62,037 nt of DNA, filler included, from Nitrospinae bacterium RIFCSPLOWO2_12_FULL_45_22 (GCA_001803565.1; 6 parts of 6 records of this genome joined end to end with filler, not necessarily neighbours in it), one strand, 5' to 3'; positions 49,212 to 60,400 are shown, counted from the whole stretch's first letter. The notes: a model not told the origin generated them from the letters alone. Translations and numbers: made by a program.

Positions 49212-50561
49212 ATGGTAGAGACAACAGTTTCTAGGACTAATAGCGTAGTAGAGAGCAAACATACTAAGAGCGGCGAAGAGACTATCCAGAAAGCTGACGG
49301 TCAAGCTCTCCATATCGGGGAATTGAAAGAGATGAGTATTCAAAAATTGCTGGAGATAGCCAAAGCGCTTGATATACCCGGGAGCAGTAATCTAAAAAAG
49401 CAAGAACTGATCTTCCAAATCTTAAAAGCCCAAACAGAAAAGAGTGGTTTGATCTTTGCTGAAGGTGTGTTAGAAACCTTACCGGAAGGGTTTGGGTTTC
49501 TCCGCGCCCCAGATTATAACTACTTGCCTGGCCCGGATGATATTTATATCTCTCCTTCGCAAATCAGGAAGTTTGATCTACGGACGGGCGATACCGTTTC
49601 AGGCCAGATCCGTCCCCCCAAAGAAGGGGAGAAGTATTTTGCTTTGCTTAAAGTAGAGGCAGTAAATTTCGAGTCGCCCGAGTTAGCGGCAGGCAAGCTC
49701 CTTTTTGATAACCTGACACCCCTGTATCCCAACAAGCACATCAAACTAGAAGTAGGGCCGGACAACTTATGTGCCCGGGTAATGGACCTGCTGACCCCTA
49801 TTGGCAAAGGGCAGCGGGGCCTCGTAGTTGCCCCTCCCAGGACGGGCAAGACCATGCTCCTACAGACCATTGCCAATTCCATAACCCGTAATCACCCAGA
49901 AATTTACCTGATTGTCTTATTGATAGATGAGAGGCCGGAAGAAGTCACTGATATGGAGCGATCAGTAAAGGGCGAGGTAATAAGCTCTACCTTTGATGAG
50001 CCGGCCCATAGGCATATCCAGGTAGCAGAGATTGTCTTAGAAAAGGCGAAGCGCTTAACGGAACACAAAAGAGATGTAGTAATATTGTTAGATAGTCTTA
50101 CCCGGCTAGCCCGGGCATATAACACTATGGCCCCACCTAGCGGTAAGGTCTTGTCTGGTGGGATAGACTCCAATGCCTTGCAGCGCCCTAAGAGGTTCTT
50201 TGGAGCTGCACGGAATCTGGAGGAAGGGGGTAGCCTAACCATTATTGCAACTGCTTTGATTGATACTGGTAGTCGGATGGATGATGTTATTTTTGAAGAA
50301 TTCAAAGGGACAGGCAATATGGAGCTTAATCTGGATCGCCGTCTGGTGGATAGACGGATATTTCCCGCAATTGATCTTGCCCGCTCAGGTACGAGAAAGG
50401 AAGAGCTATTGCTGCCACAGGATGAACTCCATAAGATATGGGTCCTGAGAAAAGTTTTGACCCCTCTAAATTTGGTGGAATGTATGGAACTATTATTAGA
50501 AAAACTGGCTAAGACCAAATCCAATAAAGAATTCCTAAATTCAATGAATAGTTTAGATTAA
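49212..50561 (+). CDS. rho: Transcription termination factor Rho
   Basis: [43 protein letters not shown]. Confidence 0.98.
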   Translation: MVETTVSRTNSVVESKHTKSGEETIQKADGQALHIGELKEMSIQKLLEIAKALDIPGSSNLKKQELIFQILKAQTEKSGLIFAEGVLETLPEGFGFLRAPDYNYLPGPDDIYISPSQIRKFDLRTGDTVSGQIRPPKEGEKYFALLKVEAVNFESPELAAGKLLFDNLTPLYPNKHIKLEVGPDNLCARVMDLLTPIGKGQRGLVVAPPRTGKTMLLQTIANSITRNHPEIYLIVLLIDERPEEVTDMERSVKGEVISSTFDEPAHRHIQVAEIVLEKAKRLTEHKRDVVILLDSLTRLARAYNTMAPPSGKVLSGGIDSNALQRPKRFFGAARNLEEGGSLTIIATALIDTGSRMDDVIFEEFKGTGNMELNLDRRLVDRRIFPAIDLARSGTRKEELLLPQDELHKIWVLRKVLTPLNLVECMELLLEKLAKTKSNKEFLNSMNSLD

Positions 50562-50897
50562 CAAACGGTGCTCACCCCTTCTTTTCAATTACATCCCTCA
50601 TTCCGGAAAGCTGGAAATGCCTAAGTTAGTAATTGTTTAGCCAAATAAAGTCTTCTAAAATATAGCCGCAAAGAAGCACAAAAATAAGATTAAACCACCA
50701 AGGTACAAAGAACGTTGGACGTGTCCGTCTCTAAGCCGTTAAGGGTAAGGCGTGAGGGCGTAAGGGGTATCTCCCTATGCCTTACTTTTTACGCTCTCAC
50801 TACTTACGCCTTACTCCTTACGATAAGTCCTAACAGTCACGGATCACGAGCGTAAAATTCTTTGTGACTGTACAATATAAGGAGGTAAGCCCTAATC

Positions 50898-51563
50898 ATG
50901 TCTAGAAAGAAGATTGTCCCCTCTATCCTATCCGCAGATTTGACCCGGCTGGCACAAGAGGTTGAAGCAGCCGAAAAAGGTGGTGCTGATTGGCTCCATG
51001 TAGATGTAATGGATGGACACTTTGCACCCACTATTACTATCGGACCTCTGATAGTGTCTGCCCTCAGAAAAACTACTAAGCTGCCGCTCGATGTCCATCT
51101 CATGATTGAAAACCCTGATAGATACATTGAGCAGTTCTCTGAGGCCGGTGCCGACATCATCACTGTGCCGGTAGAGGCCTGTACCCATCTCCATCGGACG
51201 GTTCATTTTATCAAGGATAGAGGGTGCCAGGTTGGGGTCTGCCTTAATCCAGCTACCCCGCTATCCCTTCTGGACTGTATCCTTCCGGACCTGGATCTGG
51301 TTATCTTACTAATGGTCAATCCCGGCTTCAAGGGGCAGAAGCTTGATCCAGCCCTGCTTGCCAAGATAAGGGCCCTCCGTAAGCTGATAAATGAAGGGGG
51401 GTTGCAGGCCAATATTGAAGCCGATGGTGGTATCAGTCTGGATAATATAAGCCAGGTAGCCGGGGCTGGGGCTGATATTTTCGTGGCTGGGACAGCCGTC
51501 TTCTCCAGCAAAGATTATGGTGAGACTATAAGTAAGTTGCGGAACCTTGCCGAGTCTGCGTAA
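50898..51563 (+). CDS. rpe: Ribulose-phosphate 3-epimerase
   Basis: PSILSAD, HVDVMDGHF, DVHLM, VNPGF, DGG. Confidence 0.95.
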   Translation: MSRKKIVPSILSADLTRLAQEVEAAEKGGADWLHVDVMDGHFAPTITIGPLIVSALRKTTKLPLDVHLMIENPDRYIEQFSEAGADIITVPVEACTHLHRTVHFIKDRGCQVGVCLNPATPLSLLDCILPDLDLVILLMVNPGFKGQKLDPALLAKIRALRKLINEGGLQANIEADGGISLDNISQVAGAGADIFVAGTAVFSSKDYGETISKLRNLAESA

Positions 51564-51608
51564 TCTCCTCACCTGGTAACCATTAAGTTAACCCCCTTCG
51601 GCAGGACT

Positions 51609-51688
51609 TTTTAGACAGGATTAACAGGATTTACAATTTTTTATTATTTGTATTATCCTGTTTTCATCCTGTAAATCCTGTCTAAAAA
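51609..51688. repeat. Palindromic ACAGGATT repeat element between convergent genes
   Basis: TTTTAGACAGGATTAACAGGAT...ATCCTGTAAATCCTGTCTAAAA. Confidence 0.75.
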
Positions 51689-51694
51689 TAGTTA

Positions 51695-52489
51695 TTATTT
51701 CTTATTTTTTAGACTTTGGTACAGGTCGTGGGCTTGCTTAGGGTTAGCCTTTTCATGCACAACAGCACGCAGAGCCTGGATCATAGCTACCGGGTGCCCA
51801 TCTTGCCAGACATTCCTTCCCAGATTCACACCAATAGCCCCTTTCTGCATGCCATCATAAACGAATTCTAATACCTCAAGCGGGGTTTCACACTTGGGCC
51901 CACCAGCCATAACCACAGGCACTGGACATCCATTTACTACCTTGTCAAAACCGTCATCACACCAGTAGGTCTTTACTACCCGGGCCCCTAGCTCGGCTGC
52001 TATACGGCAGCTTAGTGCCAGGTAGCGGGCATCACGTTTTTCCAATTCTCGGCCCACGGCAGTAACGGCCATTACTGGAATGCCATAATCTTCGGCCTCA
52101 TCAACCAGCTTTGCCAGATTTAATAGGGTTTGGCGCTCATAATCACTACCTACAAAGACAGAGATGCCTACTGCCGCCGCATTAAGCCGGAGGGCTTCTT
52201 TAATAGAAGTGGTTATACCTTCATTAGCCAGGTCTTTCCCGGCCATACTGGTACCGCCAGAGACCCTGAGGATGATTGGTTTACTATTGGTAGGATCTAC
52301 GGCTGAGCGTAATACTCCCCTGGTAACAAAGAGGGCATCGCAATAAGGGAGCAATGGTTTGATCGTCTCTCCTGGCCTTTCCAGTTTACTAGTAGGCCCC
52401 TGAAAATATCCGTGGTCTATCGGTAAAAAGAAGCAATGACCATCAGGTTTAATCAATTGTGACAGCCGGTTCTTCATTCCCCAATCCAT
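51695..52489 (-). CDS. lsrF: LsrF-like class I aldolase / 3-hydroxy-5-phosphonooxypentane-2,4-dione thiolase
   Basis: MDWGMKNRLS, DHGYFQGPT, RIAAELGA.VVKTY, AGGPK. Confidence 0.88.
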   Translation of the reverse strand: MDWGMKNRLSQLIKPDGHCFFLPIDHGYFQGPTSKLERPGETIKPLLPYCDALFVTRGVLRSAVDPTNSKPIILRVSGGTSMAGKDLANEGITTSIKEALRLNAAAVGISVFVGSDYERQTLLNLAKLVDEAEDYGIPVMAVTAVGRELEKRDARYLALSCRIAAELGARVVKTYWCDDGFDKVVNGCPVPVVMAGGPKCETPLEVLEFVYDGMQKGAIGVNLGRNVWQDGHPVAMIQALRAVVHEKANPKQAHDLYQSLKNKK

Positions 52490-52540
52490 ATTAATAACCC
52501 TCCCTACAATAACCAATAACCAATAACCAATAACTTATAA

Positions 52541-53569
52541 CTAGCGCTGGGGTTCAATAATCACCTTGATAGAGTCCTGGGCTCCGGCGACAAGCTGAAA
52601 CCCCATGGCTGTTTCTGCCAGGCTTAGACGATGAGTAATCATCTCATGCACACGGACCCTACGAGCCCGGATCAGTTCCACTGCCGTTGTATAGTCCGCA
52701 GGACTACCGGCATAGGAAGTAGTTAGCGTTATGTCGTTGCGAAAAAATAGGTCATTCACTGAAATAGGAATGGTAACATCCGGGTCTGTCGGGGCAAAGA
52801 ATAGGACTGTCCCACCCCGCTCTACCGACTGTAATGCCTGAGTGATAGCTGATTTAGCGCCAGTGCATACCAGCACCCGATCAGCCAGCCGGCCATTATT
52901 GACTTCCCGCACCCCGGCCGATACATCCTCTTTAGCATGGATTACTGCCTCGGCCCCAAACCGTCTTGCGGCCTCTAGCCGGTATTCAGCCACATCGGTT
53001 GCTATTAAGCGCCCGGCACCAAGGGCCCGGGCTAGTTCCAGGTGGAGCAATCCCGAAATGCCAGAACCAATAACGAGTACCGTCTGACCCGGTTGGATGC
53101 GTGCTATCCTTTGCCCCCGCAAGATACAGGCCAGGGGCTCAGTAAAAGTTCCCTCCTCATAGGATACCTCATCTGGTAACCGATACACCCCACGATCTAC
53201 ATTGATAGCCGGTAGCCGAAGGTATTCAGCAAAACCACCCGGATCAAAATTTGTCTGGCGGAGAGTATCACAGACCGTATGATGATCGTTAAGACAATAG
53301 TAACAGGTATTACACGGGACATGATGGGCTACCGATACCCGATCCCCTTCGTGGTAGCGTTCTACCCCGGCACCCACAGCGACAACCTCTCCAGCAATCT
53401 CATGACCCAGCACTAAAGGGGCCTTGTGGATGCGATACCATTCCATCACATCACTACCGCAGATACCACTGGCCTGTACCCGTATTAACAATTCTCCCGG
53501 GCCGATTGGAGGAACAGGCATCTCCTCCACACGAATATCCCGATTGTTATAGTACATAGCAACCCGCAT
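52541..53569 (-). CDS. Zn-dependent medium-chain (polyol/threonine-type) dehydrogenase
   Basis: GICGSD, GHE, CNTCYYC, EPLAC, GSGISG. Confidence 0.9.
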   Translation of the reverse strand: MRVAMYYNNRDIRVEEMPVPPIGPGELLIRVQASGICGSDVMEWYRIHKAPLVLGHEIAGEVVAVGAGVERYHEGDRVSVAHHVPCNTCYYCLNDHHTVCDTLRQTNFDPGGFAEYLRLPAINVDRGVYRLPDEVSYEEGTFTEPLACILRGQRIARIQPGQTVLVIGSGISGLLHLELARALGAGRLIATDVAEYRLEAARRFGAEAVIHAKEDVSAGVREVNNGRLADRVLVCTGAKSAITQALQSVERGGTVLFFAPTDPDVTIPISVNDLFFRNDITLTTSYAGSPADYTTAVELIRARRVRVHEMITHRLSLAETAMGFQLVAGAQDSIKVIIEPQR

Positions 53570-53707
53570 AGTATTTATCCCTTTATGATGAATTCTCTTT
53601 AGCAACTAAATCGAGAAACAGAATAGATCACAATAAGCTACCCCCCTGACCCTCACGCTGTCCGTTGTGACCGACTGAAACAGGTTATCATAATATGGTA
53701 GTGGGTG

Positions 53708-54409
53708 TCAAGAATCACACCTCTTATAAATAGCGATCATCTCGTCGCTATATACCTCAGGTCTCTTATAGATAACAAAAGGTCTTTCTATCCTGAGCTG
53801 GCAAGGGGCCAATTTTATCCCTTCTATCAGGACTAATTTAGCAGGGCTGTCTGAGTAGGAATGGACAAACTGGAGCCTGGAGGGCGAGATTTTTTGCCGC
53901 TCCATAATATCCACTACCTCTCCTAACCGGGAGGGAAGGATTATTAAAGATATTATGCCATTGACCCGGGTCAGATAGGCTGCGCTGGCCAGGTATTCTG
54001 ATAAGGTGATGGCTACTTCATGGCGGGCAATAGCCTTTCCGGCATCGGGGTTTATCCTGCCGGCTCTAACCGGCCAGTATGGTGGGTTGCCTACTACCAG
54101 ATCAAAAGAAGCCGGTGGAAAATTATCTGACACCTCTTTTATATCTAACTCCAAGATCTCAATAACCCCCTCTAGGCCATGGAGCCGAACATTCTTCCTG
54201 GCTATAAAGACCAGTTCTTCTTGGATCTCAATCCCAATGATCTTAAGGCCCTTCTGGCGCTGAGTAAGCAAAAGGGGGATGATCCCATTTCCTGTGCCTA
54301 AATCTATTACCCTATCCCCGGGTTTCAAAGGGACGAAATTTGCCAGGATAAATGGGTCTAGCGAGTAACGGTATCCCTTTTCTGGCTGGATAATCTTTAA
54401 CTCATCCAT
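53708..54409 (-). CDS. tRNA1(Val) A37 N6-methyltransferase family
   Basis: QPEKGYRYSLD, DLGTGNG, NPPY, IARHE; start moved to MDELK. Confidence 0.85.
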   Translation of the reverse strand: MDELKIIQPEKGYRYSLDPFILANFVPLKPGDRVIDLGTGNGIIPLLLTQRQKGLKIIGIEIQEELVFIARKNVRLHGLEGVIEILELDIKEVSDNFPPASFDLVVGNPPYWPVRAGRINPDAGKAIARHEVAITLSEYLASAAYLTRVNGIISLIILPSRLGEVVDIMERQKISPSRLQFVHSYSDSPAKLVLIEGIKLAPCQLRIERPFVIYKRPEVYSDEMIAIYKRCDS

Positions 54410-54592
54410 AGTACCTCTACCATAACCAGGGTTATCTCTATTTCCATATTGTATCAAAATTTTTGGCAATTTCTTATTGACTGTGATTATTAAAGGTGGT
54501 ATAGAAAAATCGGCCATAGGGATGATCCATTTGATACCCTGATGTGATATTAAGATTTTTAAACGGCTTTTTAAGGGAAGGAGGGGTTGATT

Positions 54593-55396
54593 ATGCAACG
54601 ATATTATCCGGGAAGATTTGCTGGCAAAGTAGCGCTGGTAATGGGTGTAGGAAGAGGTAGCACCAAAGAAGCGGCGGTTCGGATGGCAGCCGAAGGAGCC
54701 GATATAGCGCTGACCGATATTGTCAAGGAGTATGTGGATAAAGCTGCCGAGGAATGCCGGGGTTATGGCCGGAAAGCGCTGGCCTTTGCGGCTGATGCCG
54801 CTGATGGGAAATTGACAGGAGAGATTGTTGAACAAGCTAATAAAGAATTGGCTAAGATTGACATCCTGGTCTATGCCGCGATCCCTATTGGTCTTGGTGA
54901 GAAGAAAGGGGCCTTACGCCCCTTCCATGAGACTAGCGTTGAAGAGTGGGATAGGGAATATGCTGTGACATTGAGGGGTTTTACCTATGCCCTCCGGGCC
55001 GTTCTATCCGGCATGATGGAGCGCAATTATGGTAAGATAGTATTTATTGCTACTGATGCAGCCCGGCAGGGCAGCACCGGCCAGACGGTTGATGGGGCCA
55101 TGAAGGCGGCTGGGATCGGCTTAGTCAAGACCCTGGCTAGAGAGTATGCCCGCTATAAGATCAATGTCAATGTAGTCTCTCCGGGTCCCCATGCTACTCC
55201 TTTAGTAAAGGAGCAACTAGAGGCCGCTGGGGCTTTCAGCACCAAGGTCATCGAGGGGATGGTTAGCTGGGTACCATTTAAGCGATTGGGGGAACCAGAT
55301 GAAATCGGTGCGGTAACCTGTTTTATGGCCTCTGACGACGCCAGCTATATGACAGGCCAGACCATTAGTGTCAGTGGCGGCCTTAGTATGTTCTAA
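54593..55396 (+). CDS. Short-chain dehydrogenase/reductase (atypical active site)
   Basis: GKVALV, KTLAREYA, NVVSPG, MTGQTISVSGG; YxxxK appears as DGAMK. Confidence 0.85.
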   Translation: MQRYYPGRFAGKVALVMGVGRGSTKEAAVRMAAEGADIALTDIVKEYVDKAAEECRGYGRKALAFAADAADGKLTGEIVEQANKELAKIDILVYAAIPIGLGEKKGALRPFHETSVEEWDREYAVTLRGFTYALRAVLSGMMERNYGKIVFIATDAARQGSTGQTVDGAMKAAGIGLVKTLAREYARYKINVNVVSPGPHATPLVKEQLEAAGAFSTKVIEGMVSWVPFKRLGEPDEIGAVTCFMASDDASYMTGQTISVSGGLSMF

Positions 55397-56400
55397 TGTT
55401 GGAAGCAGGGGCGGCGCAAGTAGATATCACACCGGCTTTATCGGAAAAGGTAGTAAGGCTGGCGGGCTATCGGGCCAGGAATAAAGCCCCTGCCCGAGGT
55501 GTTTTAGATAGGCTTCATGTCAGGGCCTTATTCCTGCGTCAGGGTAGCGATAACCTGATAATAGTCAGTTGTGACCAACTCTGGATCAGCCACCGGATAA
55601 AGGAACTGGTGCTGGAGGCAATAAGTCCCCCCTATCAGGTGGTATCCCGGGAATTGCTTATCTGTGCTACCCATACCCATTCCGGGCCCGCTGGCCTCAC
55701 CGACCATCCCCTGGCCGTGGAACTATTTGGCCCTTATGACACCGAGCTATGGGAAATTACCTGCCATAATCTTATTGCGGCTATTAACCTCGCTGCCCGC
55801 TCTTTAAGGCCCGCCAGCTTAGCTATTACGGCTGCCCCGTGGGAGGGATACACGATTAATCGGCGCCACCCGGCTAAGCCCATAGACCCCCAGATCACCC
55901 TTCTCAAGATAGAAGATAATCAAAGCCATCTAATTGCCCTGGTAACCAATTTTACTGCCCACCCAACCATCCTGGGGCCGGATAATCTACTGCTCTCGGC
56001 CGACTTTCCGGGATATTTTACCCAGGAGCTCCAACGGCTTATTGGGGGGGATCCGGTAATTATATTCTGTAACGGCACTCAGGGAGATCAAGCTGTAAGG
56101 CAGGATGTATTGATAGGAGAGGATGCTTATGCCCGGTGTAGCTATTTTGGCAAGGCTTTGGCCCAGCGTGTATACAGCATGACCTACGAGGCACAAACTG
56201 GACCCCTGAATAAGCTCTCTTCTTTTCTCCTCGAACAACATCTACCACCGGCTACTAATAAGCTCATGTCCTTTACCCATGCTCCTCTCCAGGGGTTCAT
56301 AATAGACAATGCCCTCTTTCTGGCAGTGCCGGGTGAGGTGATAGCGGCCCTGGGATTACAGATCAAGCAAGAAGCACAAAGGCAGGGTTACTGGCCGGTA
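55396..56400 (+). CDS. Neutral/alkaline ceramidase-family amidohydrolase (partial)
   Basis: VDITP, LAGY, ATHTHSGP, AHPT, SADFPG, VPGE. Confidence 0.82.
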
Positions 56401-56500
56401 NNNNNNNNNNNNNNNNNNNNNNNNNNNNNNNNNNNNNNNNNNNNTTAATTAATTAANNNNNNNNNNNNNNNNNNNNNNNNNNNNNNNNNNNNNNNNNNNN
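56401..56500. other. Artificial contig linker
   Basis: N-TTAATTAATTAA-N. Confidence 0.97.
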
Positions 56501-56573
56501 CGAGGTAGATACGACCTATTCTGCCGAGGAGATCCAGAACCAGGCAGAGGCCCTTATAGAGAGGATTGCGTAA
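56501..56573 (+). CDS. C-terminal fragment, probably a partner 2-hydroxyacyl-CoA dehydratase/BCR subunit
   Basis: EVDTTYSAEEIQNQAEALIERIA*, resembling the QxxxRxEAFxE terminus; precedes a HAD-family gene. Confidence 0.45.
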
Positions 56574-56589
56574 GTAAGGAGGCCCTATC

Positions 56590-57879
56590 ATGGTATACAG
56601 TGCTACCCCATTAAAAATCTGGGATGAATGTAAAACTTTGACCCTGAATTATTATCGCGCGATGTTTACCGCCCGTGAAGAAGGAAGGAAGCTGGCCTGG
56701 ATGGGGGCCAGCGCCCCACCCGAGCTGGTGCGGGTATTTGATATCGTCCCGGTAGCCGGGGAGCCTTATTCTGCTACCAGCAATTTCAGGCCCAATTTAA
56801 CCATGAAATTCATGCAGGCAGTAGAAAAGGCCGGCTTCCCCAGGGATTTATGCTGCTACACCCGTACCTTCCTGGGCTCGATCCTGACCCAGGAGAGCCC
56901 TTTTGGTGAGTTGCCCAGCCCGGATTTTATCATCAGTGTCAAATGGGATTGTACCACCCATATCCAGTGGTGGCATAATGCTGCCCGGCTTACCGGAAAA
57001 CCCTTTTTTATCATTGAGTCATCCCCTTGTGAAGAAGGGATCAAAGAATACCACATAGATTATTTTGTTACTCAATTGAAGCGACTGATCGGGTTCCTGG
57101 AAGAGATGACCGGGAAGAAGCTGGATGAAGAGAAGTTGATCCAGAATGTCCATTATGCTTATCAAGCTACAGAAATCTGGGACGATATTCTGCAGCTCTG
57201 CCAGGCTATCCCCAGCCCATTGAATTATAAAAGCTTCCTGACATTAATGGTCCCTGCTATCCTGATGCGTGGCACTCGCACTGCGGTAGAATATTATCAG
57301 AGGCTAAGGGATGAACTAGCCGGGCGGGTTAGAGAAGGCATTAGTGGTATTCCGGAAGAAAAATACCGGCTTATCTGGATAAACCTGCCCCTATGGTATA
57401 ACATGGCGCTCTTAAAAGAGCTGGATCAGGCTGGAGCGGCGGTTGTAGCTTCTCCCTATACCGCTATGTGGGGAAATATCTTTACCAAAACCCGCCATAA
57501 ACCGTCTTCTTATGACCCGAAGATGTATGAATATAAACCTCCAACTAATACTGACGAGGCCCTAAGAGAAATAGCAAAATCATGGATGGGACGCACCTCA
57601 TTCAGTGACTTTAAGTCCCAAAAGAATCTATTAAAATGGATGATCGAGGGATTTAAGATAGATGGGGTGATTTCCCATGACAACCGGGGCTGCAAGGTAT
57701 TCCCCTTAGGTCAGATGGACTTGATGAAATGGATTCAGGACCAGTATGATATGCCTATAATGATCTTTGAGGCCAACCATGGTGATCCGAGCAACTTCTC
57801 TGAAGGTCAGATCAGCACCCGGCTCCAGGCATTCCTGGAGGTATTGCAACAAAGGCCCCAAAGGTGTCAAATAAGATAA
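56590..57879 (+). CDS. 2-hydroxyacyl-CoA dehydratase / benzoyl-CoA reductase subunit (BcrB/BzdO/HgdA-like)
   Basis: GEPY, RDLCCY, DCTTH..W, DGVI.H.NRGC, TRLQAFLE. Confidence 0.85.
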   Translation: MVYSATPLKIWDECKTLTLNYYRAMFTAREEGRKLAWMGASAPPELVRVFDIVPVAGEPYSATSNFRPNLTMKFMQAVEKAGFPRDLCCYTRTFLGSILTQESPFGELPSPDFIISVKWDCTTHIQWWHNAARLTGKPFFIIESSPCEEGIKEYHIDYFVTQLKRLIGFLEEMTGKKLDEEKLIQNVHYAYQATEIWDDILQLCQAIPSPLNYKSFLTLMVPAILMRGTRTAVEYYQRLRDELAGRVREGISGIPEEKYRLIWINLPLWYNMALLKELDQAGAAVVASPYTAMWGNIFTKTRHKPSSYDPKMYEYKPPTNTDEALREIAKSWMGRTSFSDFKSQKNLLKWMIEGFKIDGVISHDNRGCKVFPLGQMDLMKWIQDQYDMPIMIFEANHGDPSNFSEGQISTRLQAFLEVLQQRPQRCQIR

Positions 57880-57884
57880 TTTGA

Positions 57885-58100
57885 AATTGTTTAGCCAACT
57901 AAAGTCTTCTAAAAATAAGCCGCAAAAATGCGCAAAAAGAACAAAAATAATATGAACCACAAAGCCACAAAGAACACTAAGAAAAAAAGGGTGGCATCCC
58001 AAAATAACCATTAACCAATTAAATTCTTTGTGTCCTTTGTGACTTTGTGGTTATGAACTTAACCAGAATTTCTTTGTGCCTTTTTGTGGCTAAACTATTA
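57885..58100. repeat. Palindromic CACAAAG-type repeat element; 5' arm shared with 50629-50712
   Basis: ATTGTTTAGCCAA.TAAAGTCTTCTAAAA.T..GCCGCAAA in both; closes with TTTGTGGCTAAACTATTAC. Confidence 0.75.
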
Positions 58101-58106
58101 CCTAAA

Positions 58107-60101
58107 ATGAATATTACACAATATCGCCCGATTGTATTTCCTTTCACGGCCCTGGTGGGGCAGGAGCGGCTGAGATATGCCTTGCTCCTCAATGCCATAA
58201 ACCCCCGCTTAGCGGGGTTATTGATCCAGGGCGAGAAAGGCACAGCTAAATCAACCGCAGTGCGGGCCCTGGCCGACTTGTTGCCCGAAATAGAAGTAGT
58301 AAAAGACTGTGTATTCAGTTGTCATCCCTACCTGCCTAACAAGATGTGTGATGACTGCTTGAAACGCTTCAAGGATAGCGGCTCATTACCCATTGCCCGG
58401 CGCAAGATAAGGATAGTAGAACTACCCGTCAGCGCCACAGAAGACCGGATAGTAGGGAGTATAGATTTTGAATATTCTTTGAAGACCGGCAGTCGTCGCT
58501 TAGAGCCCGGTATCCTGGCCTATGCTAACCGGGGGATATTATATGTGGATGAGATAAACCTGCTACCGGATAGCCTGGCAGACCTCCTCCTGGATGCTGC
58601 CGCCCTGGGGATTAATATTATTGAACGAGAAGGAATATCCTTTAAGCACCCCGCGGAATTTATCCTGATCGGCTCCATGAACCCCGAAGAAGGAGAGCTA
58701 AGGCCGCAGCTCCTGGACCGATTTGGGCTATGTATCACGGTAGATAGCTTACCTGACCCTATCCAGCGCCTGGCGGTTATTAGAAGGCAGTTGGAGTTTG
58801 AACAAGGCCCCTGGGCCTTTATCCAGCAATGGCAGTCCGAGCAATTCCACTTACAGAACAGGATTTGGCAAGCCCAAACCCTCTTACCCCAGGTAGAAAT
58901 ATCCGCTGAGCTGCTAGAGATGATCTCTGAGATATGCCTGAGCAATAATACCGCTGGCCATCGGGCCGATATCCTGATGTGTGCTACTGCCAAGACTATA
59001 GCAGCGTTTGAAGGTCGCCAGCAAGTAATTTTAGAAGACCTGGCCCGGGCAGCGGAATATGTCCTGCTACACCGGGGACGAATACCAATGCCAGTCCAGG
59101 GAGGCATTCCGGTACCAGTTCCTTCTGTCTCGCAGGAGGATAAAGGTTCAGATACGATGGTTCCTACCAACCTGGGTGAACAGGATGAAGCAGAGGATCA
59201 GGGGGAGAAAGAAGAACCACCAGAGACCCCTGATTCTATCTTTCCCCTGGGTAACCCTTTCCATATCCGCTCTATTGAGGTCCACCGGGATCGCTTTTAT
59301 CGGCAGCGGTATGGCCGGCGGAGTCCTAGCAAGACCCTGGCCAAGAGTGGGCGTTATGTCCGCAGCACGTCGGTTCGCAGGAATGACGATCTAGCCTTGG
59401 ATGCCACTATCCGTACCGCGGCACCCCACCAATCCAGCCGCGAAAAAAAGGGCCTGGCTATCGCTATTGAGACGTCTGATATAAGAGAAAAGGTAAGGGA
59501 ACGAAAGATAGGAAATCTCTTACTCTTTGTGGTAGATGCCAGTGGTTCTATGGGCACCATATTAATGAGCGAGACCAAGGGGGCCATCTTTTCTTTGCTG
59601 CTAGATGCCTATAAACGCCGGGATAAGGTGGGCCTGGTAGCCTTCCGCGAGGATTCCGCCGAAATATTGCTACCGCCTACCAATAGTATTGAATTAGCTA
59701 AAAAACTCCTGGAAGAGTTACCTACAGGCGGAAAAACCCCCCTGGTACATGGCCTGGTAACCGGTTACCAATTGATCAAGAGCCATCTCAGAAAAGAGAG
59801 CCAGAGCCTACCTATAATGATTCTGATCTCCGATTGCCGACCCAATGTCCCCTGGCACGAAACGCCTTATTATGATTACCGGTATAACGAGGTGGGTTAC
59901 CCTAAAGTGCTGGAGGAAGTCCTCTCTATGGCCCAGTATATTCAGTCTGAAGGCCAGATTAAATCCTTAGTCATAGAAGTAGATGATCGGTATGATCATA
60001 TGTCTAAAGGCCGGGATATTGCGGAGGCTATGGGCGCCCAATATTTCCGCATCCAGGACTTACAGGCCAAAGGTATTGTGCGACTCCTCCGCAACCGCTA
60101 A
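58107..60101 (+). CDS. Mg/Co-chelatase ChlI-ChlD-like AAA+ / acidic linker / vWA protein
   Basis: [55 protein letters not shown]. Confidence 0.9.
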   Translation: MNITQYRPIVFPFTALVGQERLRYALLLNAINPRLAGLLIQGEKGTAKSTAVRALADLLPEIEVVKDCVFSCHPYLPNKMCDDCLKRFKDSGSLPIARRKIRIVELPVSATEDRIVGSIDFEYSLKTGSRRLEPGILAYANRGILYVDEINLLPDSLADLLLDAAALGINIIEREGISFKHPAEFILIGSMNPEEGELRPQLLDRFGLCITVDSLPDPIQRLAVIRRQLEFEQGPWAFIQQWQSEQFHLQNRIWQAQTLLPQVEISAELLEMISEICLSNNTAGHRADILMCATAKTIAAFEGRQQVILEDLARAAEYVLLHRGRIPMPVQGGIPVPVPSVSQEDKGSDTMVPTNLGEQDEAEDQGEKEEPPETPDSIFPLGNPFHIRSIEVHRDRFYRQRYGRRSPSKTLAKSGRYVRSTSVRRNDDLALDATIRTAAPHQSSREKKGLAIAIETSDIREKVRERKIGNLLLFVVDASGSMGTILMSETKGAIFSLLLDAYKRRDKVGLVAFREDSAEILLPPTNSIELAKKLLEELPTGGKTPLVHGLVTGYQLIKSHLRKESQSLPIMILISDCRPNVPWHETPYYDYRYNEVGYPKVLEEVLSMAQYIQSEGQIKSLVIEVDDRYDHMSKGRDIAEAMGAQYFRIQDLQAKGIVRLLRNR

Positions 60102-60113
60102 CGATAAAAATTA

Positions 60114-60143
60114 TTGACACCAAAATAACCTCTCTGGTATTAT
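60114..60143 (+). promoter_or_regulatory. Sigma70-type promoter
   Basis: TTGACA-N18-TATTAT with TG extension. Confidence 0.55.
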
Positions 60144-60193
60144 TTTTAAGTTTTGGAGTATTTATCCTCGAGCAGGGACATTATAAGATTAGA

Positions 60194-60318
60194 TAAATCC
60201 TAAATTCTAAATCCTAAACAAATTCAAATGCCCAAAATTCAAAATGATAAAATAGTTTTGCATTTGGATTTAGGATTTTGATATTGGTTAGGATTTAGTG
60301 CTTGGGATTTAGAATTTG
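60194..60318. repeat. Palindromic AAATCCT-heptad repeat element (inverted copy of 45499-45632)
   Basis: TAAATCCTAAATTCTAAATCCTAAACAAATTCAAATG...GTGCTTGGGATTTAGAATTTG. Confidence 0.8.
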
Positions 60319-60400
60319 TTCCGCCAGAGGCTCTTAGTAAATGCAACAGTGTGAAGATAACCATTAAGCCATATTTTGTAGAAAAGAGGGGGGAGGAGAG

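Noticed and set aside
49904-50524. Long antisense ORFs (here opposite rho; also 33418..34029, 47558..48112, 58520..59170)
   Set aside because: Shadow frames of well-conserved genes with no recognisable motifs
54410-54835. N-terminal extension of the 375-aa methyltransferase ORF
   Set aside because: Overlaps the divergent SDR gene; homology begins at MDELK (54409)
25110-56500. TTAATTAATTAA motif repeated five times
   Set aside because: Artificial linker within N-runs; gene adjacency across these points has no biological meaning
58047-58106. N-terminal extension of the chelatase-like ORF
   Set aside because: Translated from the palindromic repeat arm; family homology starts after ATG 58107
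45499-60318. Periodic short repeats as a CRISPR array
   Set aside because: No constant-length repeats with unique spacers and no cas genes; these are palindromic heptad elements
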